A DNA stretch of 61,989 bases, the filler included, from a bacterium (GTDB taxonomy: Bacteria > JALSQH01): assembly GCA_026985515.1 (NCBI GenBank). It is 6 parts of 6 records of this genome, joined end to end, with 100 filler letters (N's around TTAATTAATTAA, not from the genome) between each part and the next. Parts side by side here need not be neighbours in the genome. Positions count along the whole stretch, not along the records: positions 55,087 to 61,989 come from JALSQH010000239.1; 5 more parts are not named here. One strand, 5' to 3'. This document shows positions 59,365-61,989 of the stretch, piece by piece. A model generated the notes under the pieces. The model was not told where the DNA came from. It saw only the letters and a program-made list of their open reading frames with translations, and searched no databases. The translations under genes were made by a program, and so were the position numbers. Each line of letters begins with the position of its first letter. The first letter of the stretch is position 1.

Positions 59365-61615
59365 TCTGGTAACAGAGTTTAAGAAGCTGAATCTAAATGG
59401 GAAACTTGAGAAGATAAAAAATCTTGAGCTCGAGGAACTTGAGTCAAACCTGGAGGAAATACTGGACATTCTTCCCCAGGAACACTGGCTTGTTAGAAGC
59501 AAACTCATAGACAAGTTATCACATTTGCCTGAGACAAAAATTATCCCCCTTCTCATATCCTACCTCAAGCCGGGAAGTGAACTTTCAAATATAAGAAACG
59601 CAGCAATGGAGGTACTTGTAAAATTTGGTAAAAAAGCGGTCCCTTATCTTGTTGAACTGCTCAATAATCCAAATCCAGATATCAGGCTTTATGGAGTGGT
59701 TACACTCGGAGAAATTGCGGATCCCTCATCTGTGGACCATCTGAAAAAACTGGCTTATGACACAGATGAAAATGTGGCACAGGCTGCCATAGAAGCACTG
59801 GGCAAAGTTAATTCTCCCGATGTGGTGCCTTTTCTCATCTCTCTGCTCAACGAGGATTTCTGGCTTCAGTACCCAGCAGTTATGGTTCTTGGAAAACTAA
59901 AAGATCCGACAGCAATCGAACCTTTAAAGAGGTTATTGAGTGACGAGATGCTGAAGTTTGCAGTGATAGAAGCTCTTGGAAATATTGGTGGAAGTGAGGC
60001 AATACAGGTTCTTGTAGAAACTCTGGAAAAAGAAAAGGATGTTGTATCAATTCAGGAGCTTCTCAAGGCATTGATTAAAATCATCGAGAATGATGGTCTC
60101 TCAGAAGTGGAGCTTGAGAATTTTCTACCTGAAGAAAAAATTGTATCACTCGGAGCAAGAAAAGAGCTACATGAAGCTGTGGACGCCCTTTTGAATAGCA
60201 GTGACCCTGATGAGAAAAATGCTGGAATAAAGCTATGCGGATTTTTCAGATTAACTTCGTGTATTGAGAAACTTCTTCTTTTTCTCGAAAATGATTTTTT
60301 CCAGGAATCCTCCTATCAGGCTTTAAAAAAGTATCCACATTCCATTATTGAAGATATTAAAGGAATAATGGGTCACCCAAACAAGTTTGTGAGAAGATAT
60401 GTGGTGAAATTGATGACTGAAAAGGGGTCACCCATTGAAGATGTTGTCGTTTTCATGACCGATCCCGAAAGCATTGTGAGATCTGAACTGGCAAATCAGC
60501 TTCTCCTTTATGGAAAAGAGGCGGTACCATATCTGTTTGAAATGTTGCATGACCCTGATGAATCTGTCAGAAATACAGCTTTTGTTCAGTTACTCTCATT
60601 TGAAACTGAGGATATTAAATCTTACCTGATTAAAATTGTCAGGGACAGAATGTTTTACCAGGATACTCTCCCCTATTTTATCAATCTTTCTTCTGAATTT
60701 CATATCCACGAACTCCTTGAAGATTTTAAAGAAATTTTTAATTCCTCTGAAAGCAGAAGTTTGAAAATTGATTTGCTGAAAGCCATAATTGAAATCGACA
60801 GAGAAAAGGGGTTAAAGTATCTTTCTGATCTCACCAGGAATCTAACAAAAGATGAATTGATAAAACTATTTTCCTCTCTTTCTGGGAAGGTAAGCGATGA
60901 ATATCTCCCTCTGCTGAGTTCTCTTTTAGAATCTGATGATGAAGAAATAAAGTTCAATACATATCTCGTGATTGCATCGATAAAGAGTAAAAAAGCTCTT
61001 TCAATTTTAATAGATGCTCTGTCAGAAGAGAACCTTCAGTTGAAGGTGTTTATAGCTTCTCTCATTTCAGATTTTAACGAAAAAATTGCAGAAGTTCACA
61101 GGGAAAGGCTATTTTCAATAATAAATTCTCTTTTGAAGACGGACAACTATGATCTCCAGAGAGAAATAATTAAAATCCTTGAAAAATTTTACAGTGAAAA
61201 AAGCACCCTCGAAATAGTAAAGAAATTTTTAAGATCTCCTCACTGGAGTGTGAGGCTGCAGAGTTTAATTTTTTTGAAGAAGCTGGATGAAGAGGATCTG
61301 ATTTCTCATGATATTATTGAGGCACTTTCTGAACTCGTTAGAAAAGAAAGTGATCCCCTTGTCTTTGAGATGTTGATGGAAATTCTTAAGGAAAAAAATA
61401 TAAGAGGTTCACTGGATGTTGTCATCTCTATATTTCCCGAACTTCCAGATCCCCTTAAAGAGACAGCTTCAAAGTACCTTGCCGATCTGAGGGCAGACAA
61501 CCCCGATTATGTTATGAAAATTGCAAGGAGTCTACCCTTTGCTTACCGTAAAATAATTGAAGAGAAATTTGGAGAAGAAACAAATATGGATGGTGCGGAA
61601 AAATGGATGGATTAA
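59357..61615 (+). CDS. HEAT/PBS-lyase repeat protein
   Basis: Repeated IR.AA..AL..IG...AVP.L..LL units. Confidence 0.88.
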   Translation: MSDLVTEFKKLNLNGKLEKIKNLELEELESNLEEILDILPQEHWLVRSKLIDKLSHLPETKIIPLLISYLKPGSELSNIRNAAMEVLVKFGKKAVPYLVELLNNPNPDIRLYGVVTLGEIADPSSVDHLKKLAYDTDENVAQAAIEALGKVNSPDVVPFLISLLNEDFWLQYPAVMVLGKLKDPTAIEPLKRLLSDEMLKFAVIEALGNIGGSEAIQVLVETLEKEKDVVSIQELLKALIKIIENDGLSEVELENFLPEEKIVSLGARKELHEAVDALLNSSDPDEKNAGIKLCGFFRLTSCIEKLLLFLENDFFQESSYQALKKYPHSIIEDIKGIMGHPNKFVRRYVVKLMTEKGSPIEDVVVFMTDPESIVRSELANQLLLYGKEAVPYLFEMLHDPDESVRNTAFVQLLSFETEDIKSYLIKIVRDRMFYQDTLPYFINLSSEFHIHELLEDFKEIFNSSESRSLKIDLLKAIIEIDREKGLKYLSDLTRNLTKDELIKLFSSLSGKVSDEYLPLLSSLLESDDEEIKFNTYLVIASIKSKKALSILIDALSEENLQLKVFIASLISDFNEKIAEVHRERLFSIINSLLKTDNYDLQREIIKILEKFYSEKSTLEIVKKFLRSPHWSVRLQSLIFLKKLDEEDLISHDIIEALSELVRKESDPLVFEMLMEILKEKNIRGSLDVVISIFPELPDPLKETASKYLADLRADNPDYVMKIARSLPFAYRKIIEEKFGEETNMDGAEKWMD

Positions 61616-61989
61616 AACCCCTGCAAATTGAAATGAATGATATTGAATTCAGGCTGATAAGGGACCTCATCCATGAAAAGTCTGGAATCTTTTTGAACGA
61701 TTCTAAAAAGGATGTGCTGCAATCGAGGTTATTATCAAGGCTTGTAGCTTTAAATCTCAAGAGTTTTGAAGAGTATTACCTTTATTTAAAATTCAGTCCT
61801 GGGAGGGAGCGGGAATTTAAAAAGATGATAAGCCTGATTACCAATAACGAAACATATTTTTTCAGGGAAAAATATCAACTTGAAGATCTGGTTGAAATTA
61901 TTTTGCCGGAGCTTGCAGCAGAAAAAGAGGGGAAACCCATTAAAATTCTCAGTGCAGGTTGCAGTTCAGGTGAAGAGCCATATTCCATC
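61603..61989 (+). CDS. cheR: Chemotaxis methyltransferase CheR (runs off window)
   Basis: Manual translation: KSGIFL...ITNNETYFFRE...ILSAGCSSGEEPYSI. Confidence 0.92.
   Translation, partial: MDGLKPLQIEMNDIEFRLIRDLIHEKSGIFLNDSKKDVLQSRLLSRLVALNLKSFEEYYLYLKFSPGREREFKKMISLITNNETYFFREKYQLEDLVEIILPELAAEKEGKPIKILSAGCSSGEEPYSI

Noticed and set aside
1..61989. CRISPR arrays, tRNA/rRNA, transposases, integrases, prophage
   Set aside because: I saw no spaced direct repeats, cloverleafs or mobile-element motifs by eye. tRNAscan, Infernal and ISEScan would be needed to exclude small or degenerate ones.

Overview
Bacterial sequence that looks like a metagenome-assembled genome. Six contigs (1-26352, 26453-33624, 33725-40892, 40993-47972, 48073-54986, 55087-end) are joined by five artificial 100-nt linkers (N44-TTAATTAATTAA-N44), so gene adjacency across linkers means nothing. 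The compact genes, E/K-rich proteins and deltaproteobacterial-type gene order (pilB-T-C-S-R; prfB-lysS-lolE; che cluster with HEAT and ExeA-like ATPase) suggest a thermophilic Desulfobacterota/Myxococcota-like organism (inference). Content is mostly housekeeping and metabolic: amtB, diguanylate cyclase, nfi, acyl-CoA carboxylase parts, suhB, FadR-GMC oxidoreductase, znuABC, pcrA, ClC, glmS, type IV pili, epmA, lysS, frameshifted prfB, pdxJ, a sigma70 gene followed directly by a minimal SUF operon, feoAB, aspS, purU and a chemosensory cluster. I saw no rRNA, tRNA, CRISPR array or mobile element. The best leads are: (1) three sigma54-type promoters with a non-canonical GG-N10-GA core, two sharing identical paired enhancer-box geometry; (2) an alkyl-DHAP-synthase-like enzyme with a degenerate tandem paralogue; (3) a roughly 56-heptad chemoreceptor built from symmetric 28-aa repeats in a HEAT/ATPase chemosensory system; (4) an RpoD-like sigma factor coupled to archaeal-style sufCBD; (5) a DtxR-type operator on feoAB; (6) several leaderless genes; (7) a Trp-rich DUF5320-like protein next to a GH5 pseudogene.
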